Assembly (NCBI GenBank): GCA_030390025.1
Contig: CM059438.1
Span: 27,404,001-27,468,000 of the forward strand
Length of the DNA stretch: 64,000 nucleotides
Source of the DNA: Squalus acanthias
Taxonomy: Eukaryota
Reading direction: 5' to 3'
This document shows positions 36,560 to 50,890 of the stretch, one piece after another. The position numbers and the translations under genes were made by a program. Numbering within the stretch: position 1 is the first letter of the stretch; the number at the start of each line of letters is the position of its first letter. Under the pieces are notes generated by a model. It did not search any database, was not told where the DNA came from, and saw nothing but the letters and a program-made list of their open reading frames with translations.

Positions 36560-39500
36560 GTGGGGTAGTCAGAGGGTTTCCAGTAGGAGCCAACGCTCTC
36601 CCAACGTCCAGCAACACTCCCTGCACACTTTAACAACGTTTCAGCAATCCAGTAGCGATATAAACTCTGCAAGAACCAATACAAGAGAAATAATCAACTT
36701 ACCTGCAAGTTGGATGTTTCCCTTTAAATAGCGCTGGTGGGGGGTTCCTTGTGCAGCTGAACCTACGTTCATCTGTGCATGTTTAGGAGAGGGCATTGAT
36801 TGGAATGGCGATGTCCTGCTTGCTTCACAAAAATACCGCTGCCACTGCTGGCCTGGGCTCGCCCCCTCCCCTCCGGTTTACCTCCGCCCCCAGAATTTAC
36901 CTATGCGTCGGCTTGGCACTGAACCTGGCCACATTTCTCAAGGCCCCAACTGATGAGTTGCATCGGACAACAAATTGGTGTCTGTGGCTCACCGGTTTTA
37001 TGGAGATGAAACCCGAGGCCTAATTTCTAGTGAGCCTTGGGCCGACGTCGTCGGGCTCACATTCCAGGCCCAAGGACCATTTTGCGCCAGTTTCTAGCAC
37101 TACATGAATTTCTCCATCTAGCTTTTTCAATTTAGCTAACAAATTGCTTAAGATTTATTTTCTTTAAGCTTATTACATGATATAGGCCCCTCGATTGTGT
37201 TATAACCTTGTAACTCCCCCCATTTATCCATTATTCCAAATATATAGGTCATGGCGGCATTGCATTATTTATTTTTCTTCCTGGAGTCAGACCCATATTT
37301 GAGGGTCTACTGTGCAAGTAAAGGGTAAATGCAAATTAATCAGCATCATCTTTTCATTAGTTGCTCATTATAAGAGCTTGTTTTAAATATTCTGGACTCC
37401 TTTTTCTATGTTGTACGAAAGATGTATGAACATTCTCACAAAGAATTATTTTTAACTTCACTGCTGCAAATGTAAGGAAGTATAAAAATATCAGTACAAA
37501 TGATAAAATAAAATTACTAATATTCTGATATGGAAATGTATAAAATGACCTGTTTTGTTTCCCTTGACATCTTTCCCGAACGAGGCTGAAAAAATATCCT
37601 TCAGCTGTGCAGTTGTTGCAGGAGCTGAATTTTACTCATCTGACAAGAAATCCTAATCCTGTCAATTTTGTAAGTAGAGAATCCCCCTTGACAAAAAGTT
37701 GAAGTGCTGACAAACGAATGACTTGCGATCCATGTCTGCTCATGGGAAGTCCATTTTTAAGCCTTTAGGACAATAGCCAGAGGCAAGGTTGAAATACAAA
37801 ACCTTGCAGGTGAAAAGCAGCAGTTAGTTATCTAGAAAATGCCTAGCAGCTTGGACTGTAAAGAAGCGACCATGATGTGATGTGTTGGATTTAATGAAAT
37901 ATGATATATTGTTATGTATTAATATTAGCAAAGAAATGTTAGCAGGTGTTATTCTAAAACAACTTAATTGTTGAAAATAAAAAGTAATTTAGCACATTCA
38001 TAGACAATTTAACACTGTCATAGGTTACATTACAAACTTCCCGTACCAGTTCGCCTGCTCTTTCTATTTATTAAAACTTTTCATGCAGTAAAAACATTTT
38101 ACTTGTTAATGAGGGAAAATGGAAGAATTAATGACATAGAGTTGGATCTTCCAAGATGTCTCCTGTAACCATGCAAAACCATCTCCCTTTTCCTGTATGT
38201 AGTTTAATTTCTGTGTTAAGGTTCAGTAAGCAAATGCAAATAGATTTAATGATTTGCATCAGTAGATCATTTCTCAGTATAATATCCTTTGCTATTTTGG
38301 TCAAGGACTTTTTCTTTAGTAAGCTTCACCTATTTCCTAGAGCAAAAATTATTAATATTGGTAACATTAAGATATGAGGAGAGAGATGAATTTATCATGT
38401 AGTTACAGTCAGATTGGTCCATCATCTTTCCAGTCAGGTTAATTGCAGCAGAGGATATGTAAAGTACACTGCATGTGAAAGAATGCATTGGGAGTTGTGA
38501 AAAATAATGGCCTTTAAAGCATTTCATTAAACAGCCACTTTAATTTAAAACTTTAGGAATTCTTTTAAATATTTATAATTGTAAAACTTTTTGGGGAGAA
38601 CACCAGTATTGCACTAAAGCTGCTCTAGTTTTTTGTACAAAGTGTACCTTGTAGGATGGCCAATGTTAACTGATAAATACATTCTTTATTGCGTGCTTTT
38701 TGGAAAATGTCCTGCTAAAATGGTATTGTACTAAAAGCATTAAAATATAGAGACTTGTGAAGAACTGGATTTCTTCATGGTTGTTCTTATTCCTTCCTAT
38801 CCTTGTCTTTTTTTCTGAACTTCTTTCATTCCCTTCCTTTTTCTCTTGATCCATACTTACCATGTTCTAAATGAAACTAGATCTCAGAGAGGAGGACATT
38901 AATTGAGCTTTGTTGGATGATTTGATTCCAAGCAAAAGAAGGAACAAATTTCCAAAGTCTCCCAGCACACCTGTGAGTTGCGATGTTTAAGTTAATTTCT
39001 TCGGAGTCTTATTCCACCACTTGAATTTCCCAGAGCTGTGTGATTTACAAAATATTGTCAGAATTTGCTAGTGTGTTCTTTGCATATCAAGTGTCTCTAA
39101 AGGAGCATGTAGCCACCACCAAATGGCACAACACACTCCCAAAATGTTTCTCACAAATTTTAGATCCATAGCATTGCGCAAAAAGCCTGTCCTGTGATTG
39201 CTGCCTACCATCTCAAAGCATTTTCCTTGCCCTTGTGCCTGCTGTGTTAAGTGCAGAAAATGGGTAATGACAAAGAAAGTACCTTATTGGAAATTACAAA
39301 TGCAGTTTAGTGTTTTTTCATGAATAATACAAAATTATATATATATTACACAAATATGTATATAATTTTGTAACCCCTACTGTGATAGATGGTATTGCAT
39401 AGTAACTGGGATATTTTCCCTAATTGAGAATAATGTTGCAATGTTTTATAATTGAACCACATTTAGTTCAGGATACTGCAGATCGTTTCATGATATAAAC

Positions 39501-41447
39501 TGTTGTTTTAATTTTTAAAATAAGATTGTTAAAAGAAAGTGCTGCAGGTAAGATTGGAGCTTTGCTCTTTGTGGAAGCTTGGAGGAGTGGAAGATTTACA
39601 GTGCAGAGGCTTAACCACCATTCCCATAAGTATTAATTTTAACTCTACTAATAAGAAACTGTGCAAAAGTGGAATTATGAGTTCACTAGTATCCTATGAA
39701 AGGTCAGTTGTTAAAAAGGCAGAGTCTGACATTCTGAGAAAAAGGTGCCTTCATTAATCATCCTGAAATTGTCAGCGTAGAATTCCTTGACCAATAAATA
39801 CAAGCAAGCTACATGCGATTGTTTTAAACAACATTGCATTTAATAAGATTAATAAGATTATTTTGGACAGAATAAAGTGATTAAATTATGTTCAGAGCTA
39901 TAAAATCTTTATCATATTTCAAGGAATATTGTGGGCCATTTTTCTCTATCTTTGTATATGTAAATGATAATGTAAATTGCCTTACAGCTTTATGTCTCTC
40001 TTTAATGCAATTCCATCAGTTTTTAGATTTTATTTTTCTACTCCGTGTATTTTAGGCATAACATAGTTTTACGGGATGAATTACTCTTTTAATAGTCAAA
40101 TAAAATCAACCAGATGTTTCATAATGCTGTATTCCTTTTATCTGAATAAGGAAATGTATTAATTTATACATCTTTTAAGGTGTTATAAGGACTTCCAGTA
40201 GGTATAGTGTTGGTAAATTTCTGTCTTAAGTTTGTTAAAAGAAAAGTACATTTCTTTTCCCCAATGGTTCCTTTTGTTAAGTAGCTTCTGAATGAGCTTC
40301 TTTTGTAGTCAAAATTACAGTACGAGGGGTGTGTAAGTGATTGTTTGAGCTCTGGACTTCATGGCTACCCAAAATATATGCTTCAGATCAAAACAGTTGT
40401 GTAAAAGTTAGACTTTGCAATATGGAGAATTGTTTGTGTAAACACCCAAATCTTTAGTTTCTGTTTTGCACCATCAAACACCATTTCCAACATGAACACT
40501 GGGCTCGGAAGTTGGCTGTAGAAATGTTGCAAGTCCTTCAGGCCCAATCGTGCAGCTGTAAGGTTCTAGTAGCATGAAAACATTCTGAGCACCATCTTTT
40601 CTGTATTTGTGTCTTTGACATGTTGTCGATGCTGTTGCCCTGTTAAATAATTCTCAAGACCTTGAAATTACACTGTGTTAATGATGGCAGATGAACACTT
40701 TATACATTCTTATGATGTTCTAAGCTATTTTAATGTGGAGTTTATTTTAAATGGATTAGTGCCTCCATTAAAATAGCTGACAAAGGAATTTCATAGCATA
40801 TGAACACCTAATGTCTATGATATAACATAATTTTAAGGCCCAAAAGTTTATACAAAGTGTGTAGTAATCATATTTTATTTCTTAAAATACATATATTATA
40901 CAATATTTTCATTTCATTTGATGAAATATATGAGAAGTTGCCAAGATAGACCTGTGTTCTTGTGTATTTGATTTATCCCCCTTCACTGCTGCAAGATGTT
41001 CTCTGAGTAGCATCAACATGTACAGTGGAAGCTGCCTATAGTGAACTCAAACTAATGAAACTGTGTTAATATTGAAAAAATGTCAATGTCTCAATTCACT
41101 TAACATATGACTGAATGGCGTAAACTCCTTTTAATTTACAATGAAACCACTCACTTGTAGTGAAAATCTGAATGCTAATCTTCAAGACTGTGAGAAGGTC
41201 TGGAATCCACCCCACAGATCAATGGAAGTTGGTGTCTCCAGTCATAAAGCACTTAATCTCCATCTGTGCACTGATTGATTCTATTATTTACATGTCTTAA
41301 AAGCGTTCATTCTAGTTCAGCTGCTGGAAAAAGTCAGTCATGAAAGCAGTTGATGGATTATAAGTTCTCCGTGTAGAACCAGAAGAGAGCTATGAAGGTT
41401 TAGGAATGATTAGAGACTTAGATGATCAAATAATTTATGAACACTCT

Positions 41448-43181
41448 GGCCGCGATTTTGCCAGCGGAGGCGGGATGGCGGCGGGAGAGCTGGTTGGCGG
41501 GTTCCGGACCTGTTCCCGGCTGCAGCTGCTCTATGAATAGGATTTTCCATTAATAGGGCTTGTTAAGCCCGCGCTGCGGGGTTCCCGGCCAATTAAAAGG
41601 AAGCGGTCTGATGACGTAATTTTACATCAGCCGGTTTCCTTAAAGGGACCATGGCCACATTCATTTTGGCAGTTGTGCTGTCAGTGTTCTGCAGCATTGA
41701 GGTGCTGCAAACACTGACGAGCACTGCACAAAGGTGGACGGCTGCACCCAGGCTCTCACATGACTCCCTCCATATGCTTATGGAGGGAGTCACAGCACGT
41801 AGGGAGGTTCTCTTTCCTTCCAATGGCGGAAGAGACCTCCCCAGGAGACCAACGCAGCCTGGTTGCACATTACACAGGAGGGCAAAAGCAGGGATGTGGT
41901 CAGGAGGACCTGGCTGCAAACCTTTCAATGATCTCAGTAGATCATGAAACGTTACTGCAAAGCCACACTCAACCTCACCCTGCTGTGCCACTCATCACAA
42001 CCCCATAACTCTGCCTTCCCTACCCTACTCCTGCACATCCTTTCTCACACCAACTTACCTTGCACCTCCACCTATCCCTGTTTACCTACATTATCACTCC
42101 CCCATCTCACAAGCAACCCCTTACACTCACCCTCATCCTAGTGCAATCATACCAACTAACAACACACAAGGGTAGGCATTTGGGTGTTTTATGCAATGTT
42201 CATGTAAATTTTCTGGTAATTTGTTGTCAAACATTGAAATCTTTATTCTCAACTCCATGCCTTATTGTACAGATCTGTGCGCACCTTTGGAAGTGTCTTA
42301 GTGAGTTGCAGTGAATGGTGAGACGTAACAGTATCCCCCGCAATGGTGATGAATGTGAAAGGAATGGCTTGGCCATTGTAGGAATGCTTTATGGTGTTGG
42401 ATGGTGTTAACCTGGCTCATCATGCAGCAGCCAGGGTGTACAGCGTCAAGTGGAGTAAATGTGGCCGTGGTGATGCCATTGCTGGCCTCCCGGGCAGCAA
42501 TGTTGTCGGGTGCTGATGCCCTGTGTCCTGTGCAGCATCAGGTGATTGCAGAGAAGGTTGGTACTGTTGTTGGTGTGCCTGGTGATGTTGGTGTTGGGGC
42601 TGATCATGGAGGGATTCAGAGGACCAAGGTGAGATTTTTGCAAGGGCACCGATGTTGCTGGAATAGATGGCAGCTGAAGTTGAGATGACAGAAGCGATCT
42701 GTCAATGGTGAGAGAGCTTGCTCCAAGGAGGTGACAGTGGATACAGAGTTTACTCCAAACACTTCCAAACTGCATACAGCTCAAAAGTGTCTTCCAAGTC
42801 CTGAAGGCTCCAGCTTCTGACATTGGAAAGTGACCAACTGTGAAATGGCAGCTTTCATACCACTTTTGCAGCTGTCACCTATTCACAGCAATGGGGAGAC
42901 ATAGAGAACCCGACCTACTTACCTGACGTGATCTCTGAACGACGTGAACCCCGTTAAAAATGTGGTGAAAAAGAAAAAGGCTGGCAGAATAGTGGTTAAC
43001 AAGCAGTTAAGTATCTTAAATGCTTCTCCCGCCGCTTGGTGTCAGGTCTGTTCTGAAATCGCAGACCCGACACTTTGGAAACTTACGTGGAGGCAGGTTC
43101 GCAACCCGCTGTCAATCATTTCGATTTTGACGGCGAACCCACCTCCGAACCCGCAGTCTGAGTGCCGGCAAAATTCAGCCC
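41448..43181. mobile_element. Internally deleted Harbinger derivative
   Basis: TIRs GGCCGCGATTTTGCC / GGCAAAATTCAGCCC, TSD TCT on both sides; Myb remnant AAPRLSHDSLHMLMEGVTARREVLFP..CKPFNDL at about 41720-41945. Confidence 0.85.
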
Positions 43182-44129
43182 TCTGGTTTCATTTCTGTTG
43201 AGGCCCTGGGTGTATCTGCTGTCCAAAACAACAGTGGGAATGTGATCATTTATATCTTAACGTTACATGATGGGATAGATTGACAAAATGGTGTTGAATC
43301 CTGGAGAGAGCCAATGGCAGAAGTAGAGGAAACTGTGAAAAGGATTCAGTCTCAGAAAGGTGTACTTTGGATTATAGCTATACAAACAGAAGGAATGCTG
43401 TAAGTATGACCTTGTCCAGCTCCACAACTGTATAATAGGTGGGCCTACTCCATCAAAATCAGAAACACTCTGAGATATTGCCTGGAATTTTCATACCATT
43501 AGCGCTGTGGGAGGTGAGATGGTTGGGAAGAAATGTTCTAGAAATGTTACTTCTCAAAGGTTTCAACTCCCCTCCCCCACCCCCCCCCTCAGAATATTAT
43601 AAAATAAAACCAAGTCAAGTACACATTGTACAGTCCTTTGGATGCAGCAGGCTTGCTGGGCCAGATATCCTTTCCTTATTGCACACTTTATGTTCTTACC
43701 TGAAGGATTTGACTAAGCTAAGAGCATTGCAAGGTAAACATTACTTAAAGAGTAACTACTTCACACTTAGAATTTGTAATTTGTAGGATGGACTGCCACC
43801 TAGTGCAGGCAGTTTAGATTTAGTCAAAATATTCGAAAATGAAAATAGATAGAAGAGGAATGCCGATTTTGTGTCAAGGCAAGTGAGAGAGAAAATGGTC
43901 TGTGTCAGTCCTGAACATGTACCTAAGCATGTTTCGAATGTTCTTGTTCCAGTGGATTCATCTCATTTTACTAAAGTATGAAGTCAATTTCAGATCAGGT
44001 TATTGCTTGGAGAATCAGAATGCAACACATTCTTTGGCTTGCAGGGTCTGAACCAATATTGAGAGGACGGAAATTTCAAGTTGAGTTGATTATTGCAACG
44101 ACATTTGAACTTGCTACTTTCTCGATTTC

Positions 44130-44518
44130 ATCAAAATATCATTCAGCAATGTTTAACTACCACACTGTTGACGTTGTCGGCGGTGCCATCCGTAAGACGA
44201 AATGTTAACCTGAGGCTCCCTTTGCTTGTGGTGGTTCAGCTGAGCAGTAACGATCCCATGGCGCGATTCAAAAGGAAGGGATTCTCCCAGTGTGCTGACC
44301 AACATTCTTCCCGCAACCAACACCATCAAATACAAATTAATTGGTCATTCATCTTATTGCATCTTATTGTGGGATCTTTCTTTGTGCAAAATGGCTGCCA
44401 CAGTTGCCTACATAAGAACAGTCATTGCTCAGCAAAGTAATTCATGGTTTGAGAAGCGTGTTGAGATATTTCTGGAAACACGATGAGGCACTATTTAAAT
44501 GCAAATGCCAATCCTTTT
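44130..44518 (+). mobile_element. Deu-domain SINE, head degraded
   Basis: GATCCCATGGC..TTGGTCATTCATCTTATTGC..TTGTGGGATC..AAATGGCTGC..TATTTAAATGCAA. Confidence 0.75.
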
Positions 44519-46220
44519 TTATCAACCAGCATTTTTATCACCAGATTTTTGATTTCTTTTGCTACAAAACGGTCTTAATATTTCTGCTTTCTCTTTTCAC
44601 TTTTTGTCTTGTTTGCTTAGCCAACCAAATTCCACACCCATAAGAAATATACAAAAAGCACTGAATGACAATTTTAGCAAAAAAATCAATAATTAACAGG
44701 CGAAAATAACATTCACATCACCCACAACCCTATGTTGTACTGAGGCCTTGTGTAGAGTCATGTCTGGATAGTATTAATCAATCAGTCTTGGGGCTGAACA
44801 CAATTGGTTAGGTAAGACAAATGGCTGCTTAACCAGGTTGGGTTCCCATGGAAAAATGTTGCAGGTGGGATTTGGGCAAGAAAATGTATTTAAAATGTGT
44901 ATCACATCATGTAATGTTATTACAGCTATCACTCTGGTAAAAGTGATCTAAAGGGGCCACAGTTAATTGGAATATTCATTTAATTGGGGCAGTTAATTAG
45001 GCACAAATTTTGGTCCTGTATTATCTAATGATAAAACACTGGTGCTTTATAGGGACTCTACAATAGCAGTTGCCACTTTATGGAGTCATTTTAAATAAAA
45101 ATTGTCCAAAAAAACATATATTTCTTGTCTTCTAAGACATTTGTTTCTGTTAAAACTGCATTATAATGACTAGGAATTAATTTCAGTCTCTGTCTCTTTT
45201 TATCATATCAGCTTAATTATGCATTCTTTGTTGTATTATCGAAATTAATGAATTTGAATTACAGGTATTGTTTGATTCATTTACAAGCTACTTTTATTCA
45301 GTATATAATAACATTGATTTAGTATTGATGACTGATATTTTCAAGTACATGCAATAATTTTTAGCATTGAGCTGAATTAACTGTTTATAAGCGGTAGTCG
45401 GATAATTGGGACTTTTACTCACCACAGAGGTGTCCACATTAACCTTCATAAGGTTGTGGTGTCCCTTTGGACCCCATTAGCTTTGATTTTCTCCTAATGT
45501 GCAAGATTTGGATTTTTTTTTCAAAAAGTACATTCTGACCTCATTATAACAGCCATTGGGAGCCCGGCGTTTTGTATATTATTAAAAGGTGCATGCTATA
45601 GTGAATATCTCATAACATACCATAAAATATAAACTGAAAGCATCGGAAGCCATGGCACGACAACATTATGATGGACAAAGGGTGGGGTGTAACAAGATAA
45701 ACAAAAATAAAACCCAGGAAATTGTTGCAAACCTGATTAGCTTAGTGGACTCCAGAAACCTTTTGGAGTTTTCGTTTGGGTTCCTAGGAGGGTTAAATGC
45801 CTTTTAATTTGCATAAAAATATAAATTGTAAGAGCTAAATGTATTTTCATGTACTTGTACATTTCAGTATTAAAATGCATTAATTAGCAGGTTTAATTTT
45901 TAATTTAGCAAATTTCTTTTAAATATATATTTTTTAGTTGACATACATGAATGGTATTGATAATAAAAGTTTCATGATTTCAAAAGCCTGTTTAACATGA
46001 AAAGCATGAAAGCGAATGCAATATCGAAAAAGTAGTAAACAAAACAAAAAAGGCCTAATATATAAACTAGAAAGAAAAAGTACTTGGATAGATTTAGTAG
46101 TCTGTAAGTTTCAGCTTTAATACTGTAGTAAGGTACGTAATTTTGTGTTCAGAAGCTGCATTTATCAAAAATGATGATGATATACATATCGCTTCCATAT
46201 CACAGAATGTTCTTGGTCAA

Positions 46221-46352
46221 NNNNNNNNNNNNNNNNNNNNNNNNNNNNNNNNNNNNNNNNNNNNNNNNNNNNNNNNNNNNNNNNNNNNNNNNNNNNNNNN
46301 NNNNNNNNNNNNNNNNNNNNNNNNNNNNNNNNNNNNNNNNNNNNNNNNNNNN
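46221..46352. other. N run (132 nt): assembly gap or masking
   Basis: Run of N. Confidence 0.99.
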
Positions 46353-48155
46353 AGAGATGTGGAAGCCAAATTGTGGAGGATGTTTTTTGTATTTGTCAAT
46401 CCTACTCAGAAGGTTGCTGGTGTCACTTACAGAGGAGTTACAAAGGTAGTACGGAGTATCATGTGATTGTTTCAAGGAAAATGTTACCAAAAGGTTTCTG
46501 TAAGTGCAGTATAATTTTTATCCTTATAGAAAAATACTTAGAGATACCCAATAAAGTCTTCCACTTTCAGCAGAGACTAGTTTAATAAAAGCAACTGCAT
46601 GTCTTCTAGTTTTGTTCAAAATAACCCTGGTATGACTGAATATAATTCTGTGGTGTTAACTATCCATAAAATATTTGCAGAAACAAAACATATGGAGACA
46701 TTTTTTAAATGGTTATTTTTCTAATCAATTATTTGAAAATGCAAACAATTGTGAACAATTGTGCTAAACTCTCTCTCTCTCGAATTTTAGAGTGCTAATG
46801 TCTTTTTTTTGTGGGGGGGGTGCGAGGGAAATTACAAGATGTAGCAATTTTATCTCACAAGGGCATTTAACCAAAAGAGTGTCCAAATGACATCAATACA
46901 ATTTGTAAATTGTACTATTGTAAATTCTGTAGACATACGTTAGTAGAGCATCTGATTAATTGTATTGCTAGTCTAATATTGGTTTGGAAGAGGATTCTCA
47001 GCTAGATTAGTGTACTGTAAAGTTGTCTGTTTTAGTCCTAAAGCTAAGACTTAAAAAGGGTTAAAGCATCTTTGAGTGATAGATCCCGTTATTAAAGTAA
47101 AGGAAATGTGCATGAATGACATATTCTTTACACACCTCAACTGTCAACATTTCTAATCAAATCATCCACTCTTCTTGCTCTTAAGTGATACATGCAATAT
47201 ACCCTGTAATAAACACCCCCAAGTCTAATGAGAGCCCCTAAGGCAACTTCAAATGTATGAATTCATTACAATTGAACAACATAATCTGCAGGGCAAAGAT
47301 GCCTGTGATCTAACCTCTTTACCTCACAAGGCTTCGGTTTCGAGTGAAAAATGTTGTACATTTGTTTACAATGTATTGCTGCTGTATGAAGTATTGTTCA
47401 TTCCTGTAGTACATAAGACGGGAAGGCTTAATGGAAGAAAAATCAAAGAAGCAATCTTTCATTTTGTTCTTCTATGAAAAATTCAAAAGACTGAAATCTC
47501 ACCCACAGAAATTTTGCAAGCATATTATTTTCCGATGTTCAGATCAATTTGTCTGTCAACCATGCTGAGAGGTGGAAGGGGCCAGTGAAAGCAATTTAGC
47601 TTGTGAGGTCCTAAATAGAAATGTTTTAGAAGACCTTGTCACATGTTATGTTTTTTATATTACAGTCTGTTTTTTATTTGCTGCAGATATTATGAAACAA
47701 AATTGGTATCAATCACGTAAGTCAAGTATAACCACTCCACAAATATTACTTTTGTGCATATGATTCAGGCAAAATTATTTGTAAATTAACCTTTTGCCCA
47801 AATGTAAAAAGCTGTAGACTAAAAAATAATACAAGCTGCTGGTAATGTTGATTTCTTCTGCTTGGTACACACCATTGTGCATTTTAATTTATGGAGCCCA
47901 GGTGAATAAAAGCATTTGTGTTTGGTGTAGTACTTTTAGTGACTTTATAAATGCTTTTATTATTTTATGTTTTTCTCTATTCAAGCAACAGTATCTTATT
48001 AATCTCGTATTATAGTTGCTGCATTTAGCAAGATCCAAACAATTAAAACATGCATTTTAAATTGTATAGTATGTTAAAACTGGGACACTATTTGTAAAAT
48101 ATATGAGCATCCAAATGCTTTTTTGTGCATAGACATAAATATCTATAAATTAATA

Positions 48156-48163
48156 TGTGTGTG

Positions 48164-48214
<51 letters not shown>
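48156..48214. repeat. (TG)n(TA)n microsatellite
   Basis: TGTGTGTG followed by more than 20 TA units. Confidence 0.97.
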
Positions 48215-48217
<3 letters not shown>

Positions 48218-48639
48218 TTATTTGACAGTCTAGAATAAATAGCATGAAACTCTATATGTTTTGGCAAGGTTACCAAGGAAAATAGGATGGGGATTAATCT
48301 CGAGCCTACCCCAAGAAAAATGTTCGGGAAACCTCAAATTAAATTCCATCATTACTAATCTAGAGTTAGACACTGGAGCCACATGTGATTTCCACCCATT
48401 TTAATGCATGGAAGCAAAATTGTGGTCTCATGAGAGCACAAGTGGAAAACCCAATATGATAAACAAAACTGGCACTTTTCAGTCATCTTAGCATTTCCAC
48501 ACATCTCTCATTGATATCATGCATATATTCTTACAAAACATGGATTTTCTTCCACACACCAATGTTGAGTGTCCCTCCCTATTATACTACTTCACAACAA
48601 CATTAGCATTTAAGATGGGGAATCAAAGACACAGTTAAA

Positions 48640-49930
48640 AAGATAGGTTTTTAATAAGCTTTTGAAGGCGGGGAGTGAAGTACCATCGTGAAGATGTTTT
48701 GGAAGAGAGTTCCAGAGAGCAGGGACATGATGGTTGAAAGATCAACCTCTGATATTAACGTGAAGGTGGGGCGGGGGGGGGGGTGCTTGCAGTGGGAACG
48801 AGCTTTAATCTGGAGGTGGAGCAAAATAGGGTAGGCAACGGGCATAGAGGTATTGGAAAGTGAGAATCGGCATCTAAAAATCAGTCTGTACAGTACAGAG
48901 AGCCAGAAGAGGATGGCTGACAATGGAGGAGTCTTTCTGGGTCTTTGTGCAGAAGAGGATTTGGATTAGTTGGAAATTGTGAAGGGCGGCGATGAGACTA
49001 GAACGGAAAACGTTAGAGAAATTAATCTACGAGGTGATGAATGCATGGATGGATGAGAGTTTTTGGCAGTGGTAAACATGAAATAGGGACATAGACATTT
49101 TCCAGAGATGGAAGAAGGCTACTGTGGCAACAGACTGTGGGACAGAAAGCTCAGTGTTGAACAGATCATCAAAGCTTATTACCAGTGGGCTCAGCCTGAG
49201 TGAGCAACCAAGAAGGTTATTGAAGATTATGATAGAGACACATACCATTGGCGTGAGCCGACATTGAGCTATGGGAAGGTAAGACTGATCCAGGACTTTT
49301 TGCCAGATATGTTGGATGGTATGGCAGTAACCCAGTTGGACAATATGGTGTTAACTAGATTATTTGATGGAGTCAAAATTAAAGGCGTGTAGATGCTGGC
49401 AAGAGTTGAGCAGAATGAATTTAGTTTTCTGAGTTTTGAGCTGTAGAAAGTTTCAACTGATCCAGGACTTGACGTCAGGCAGAAACTCATATAGTACAGC
49501 TATAGTAGTTTAGCAATATAACGCAGTCAGATAGTTCAGCAACAGCTCTGGAATGGATGGTGGTGGCAGAAATGTAAAGTTGATTGTCATTGAAGTACAT
49601 GTAGAAGCTGACCCCATGCTTGAGAATGATGTTGGCAAGGGATAGCATGTAGTCAGTGAATAGAAACAAACTAAAAATGGATTCCCAGGGATTACCAGAG
49701 GAGAACTTGTTGGCACAGGAGGAGAAACCATATGAAGAGATTTAGTGACTGTATTGTCACAGCTAGGAATGGAACCACGAGAGCATAGTGCCATGGAGGT
49801 GGATAGTGGAGGAGGAAAATGGAGTGATTAACAGTGTTGCAAGTAGCAGAGAGGTCAAAGAGAATGAGGAAGTACACTGAGCTACAGTTGCATTAACACA
49901 AAATATTATTGGTGACTTTAACTAGGATCA
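48640..49930 (-). mobile_element. Decayed L2 LINE ORF2 3' half
   Basis: LILFDLSATCNTVNHSIFL (LDLSAAFDTVDH-like), KHGVSFYMYFNDNQLY (YADDTQLY-like), IHAFITS. Confidence 0.85.
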
Positions 49931-50334
49931 TCTGAGTCCATGTGGACCAGGGCAGATCCATAAGAAAACAGTTAGGGACATGACTTTGGTACAGGCTCAG
50001 ATGTATGGCTGGATTAAATTACCCTAATAGGGTAGGCAAAGGGCACAGAGCGATTGGAAAGCGAGAATTAGCTAAGGGTCAATGTGGAGCTGCTGGATCT
50101 GGTAAACCATATTGTTATCTGGGAATATTGTTTCTTATGGAGCTGCTCTGGGATGCATGGGCACTTTCCCGATTGGTGACATCACAGAGTGGTCTAGCAT
50201 GGAGGGAGACCAGACTTGAGCATCTATGTGCTAGTGAAAAAAAATTGAAGTCTTTACAAACACACCAAACAAAATTCTGGTGAGATTATTATTTTGTTCT
50301 AGTGAAAGGAGGTTTTGAACAAAAAGTAACAACT

Positions 50335-50890
50335 TGAGTATTGTGTGCAATTTTGGTCGTCTTATCTGAGGAAGGATGTTCTTGCCATGGAGGGAGTGCA
50401 GCGAAGATTCACCAGACTGATACCTGGGATGGCAGGAATGACGTATGAAGAGAGATTGGGTCGATTGGGCTTGTATTCGCTAGAATTTAGAAGAATGAGA
50501 GGGGATCTCATTGAAACTTATAAAATTCTAACAGGACTAGACAGACTAGATGCAGGAAGGATGTTCCCGATGGCGGGGGAGTCCAGAACCAGAGGTCACA
50601 GTCTAAGGATAAGGGGTAAGCCATTTAGGACTGAGATGAGGAGGAATTTCTTCACCCAGAGAGTGGTGAACTTGTGGAATTCTCTACCACAGAAGGCAGT
50701 TGAGGCCAATTCATTAAATATATTCAAGAAGGAGTTAGATATATTTCTTAAGGCTAAAGGGATCAAGGGATATGGGGAGAAGGCAGGGACAGGGTACTGA
50801 ATTTGGATGATCAGCCATGATCTCATTAAATGGCGGAGCAGGCTCGAGGGGCCGAATGGCCTACTCCTGCTCCTATCTTCTATGCTTCTA
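50335..50890 (+). mobile_element. CR1 3' fragment, little decayed
   Basis: Open 151-aa ORF2 C-terminus QFWS.YLRKD..GYGEKAGTGY*, 3'UTR and TTCTATG tail. Confidence 0.96.

Larger units (their letters stand above)
33073..37116. mobile_element. Full-length-type PIF/Harbinger transposon, decayed
   Basis: Convergent Myb/SANT gene (+) and DDE transposase (-); degenerate TIRs GGGGCAGAATTCAATG / CATGAATTTCTCCA. Confidence 0.92.

Noticed and set aside
36946-36982. CTGATGA-GTTG..CAAC-AAA as another hammerhead
   Set aside because: Lacks the G of GAAA and any stem III or cleavage triplet
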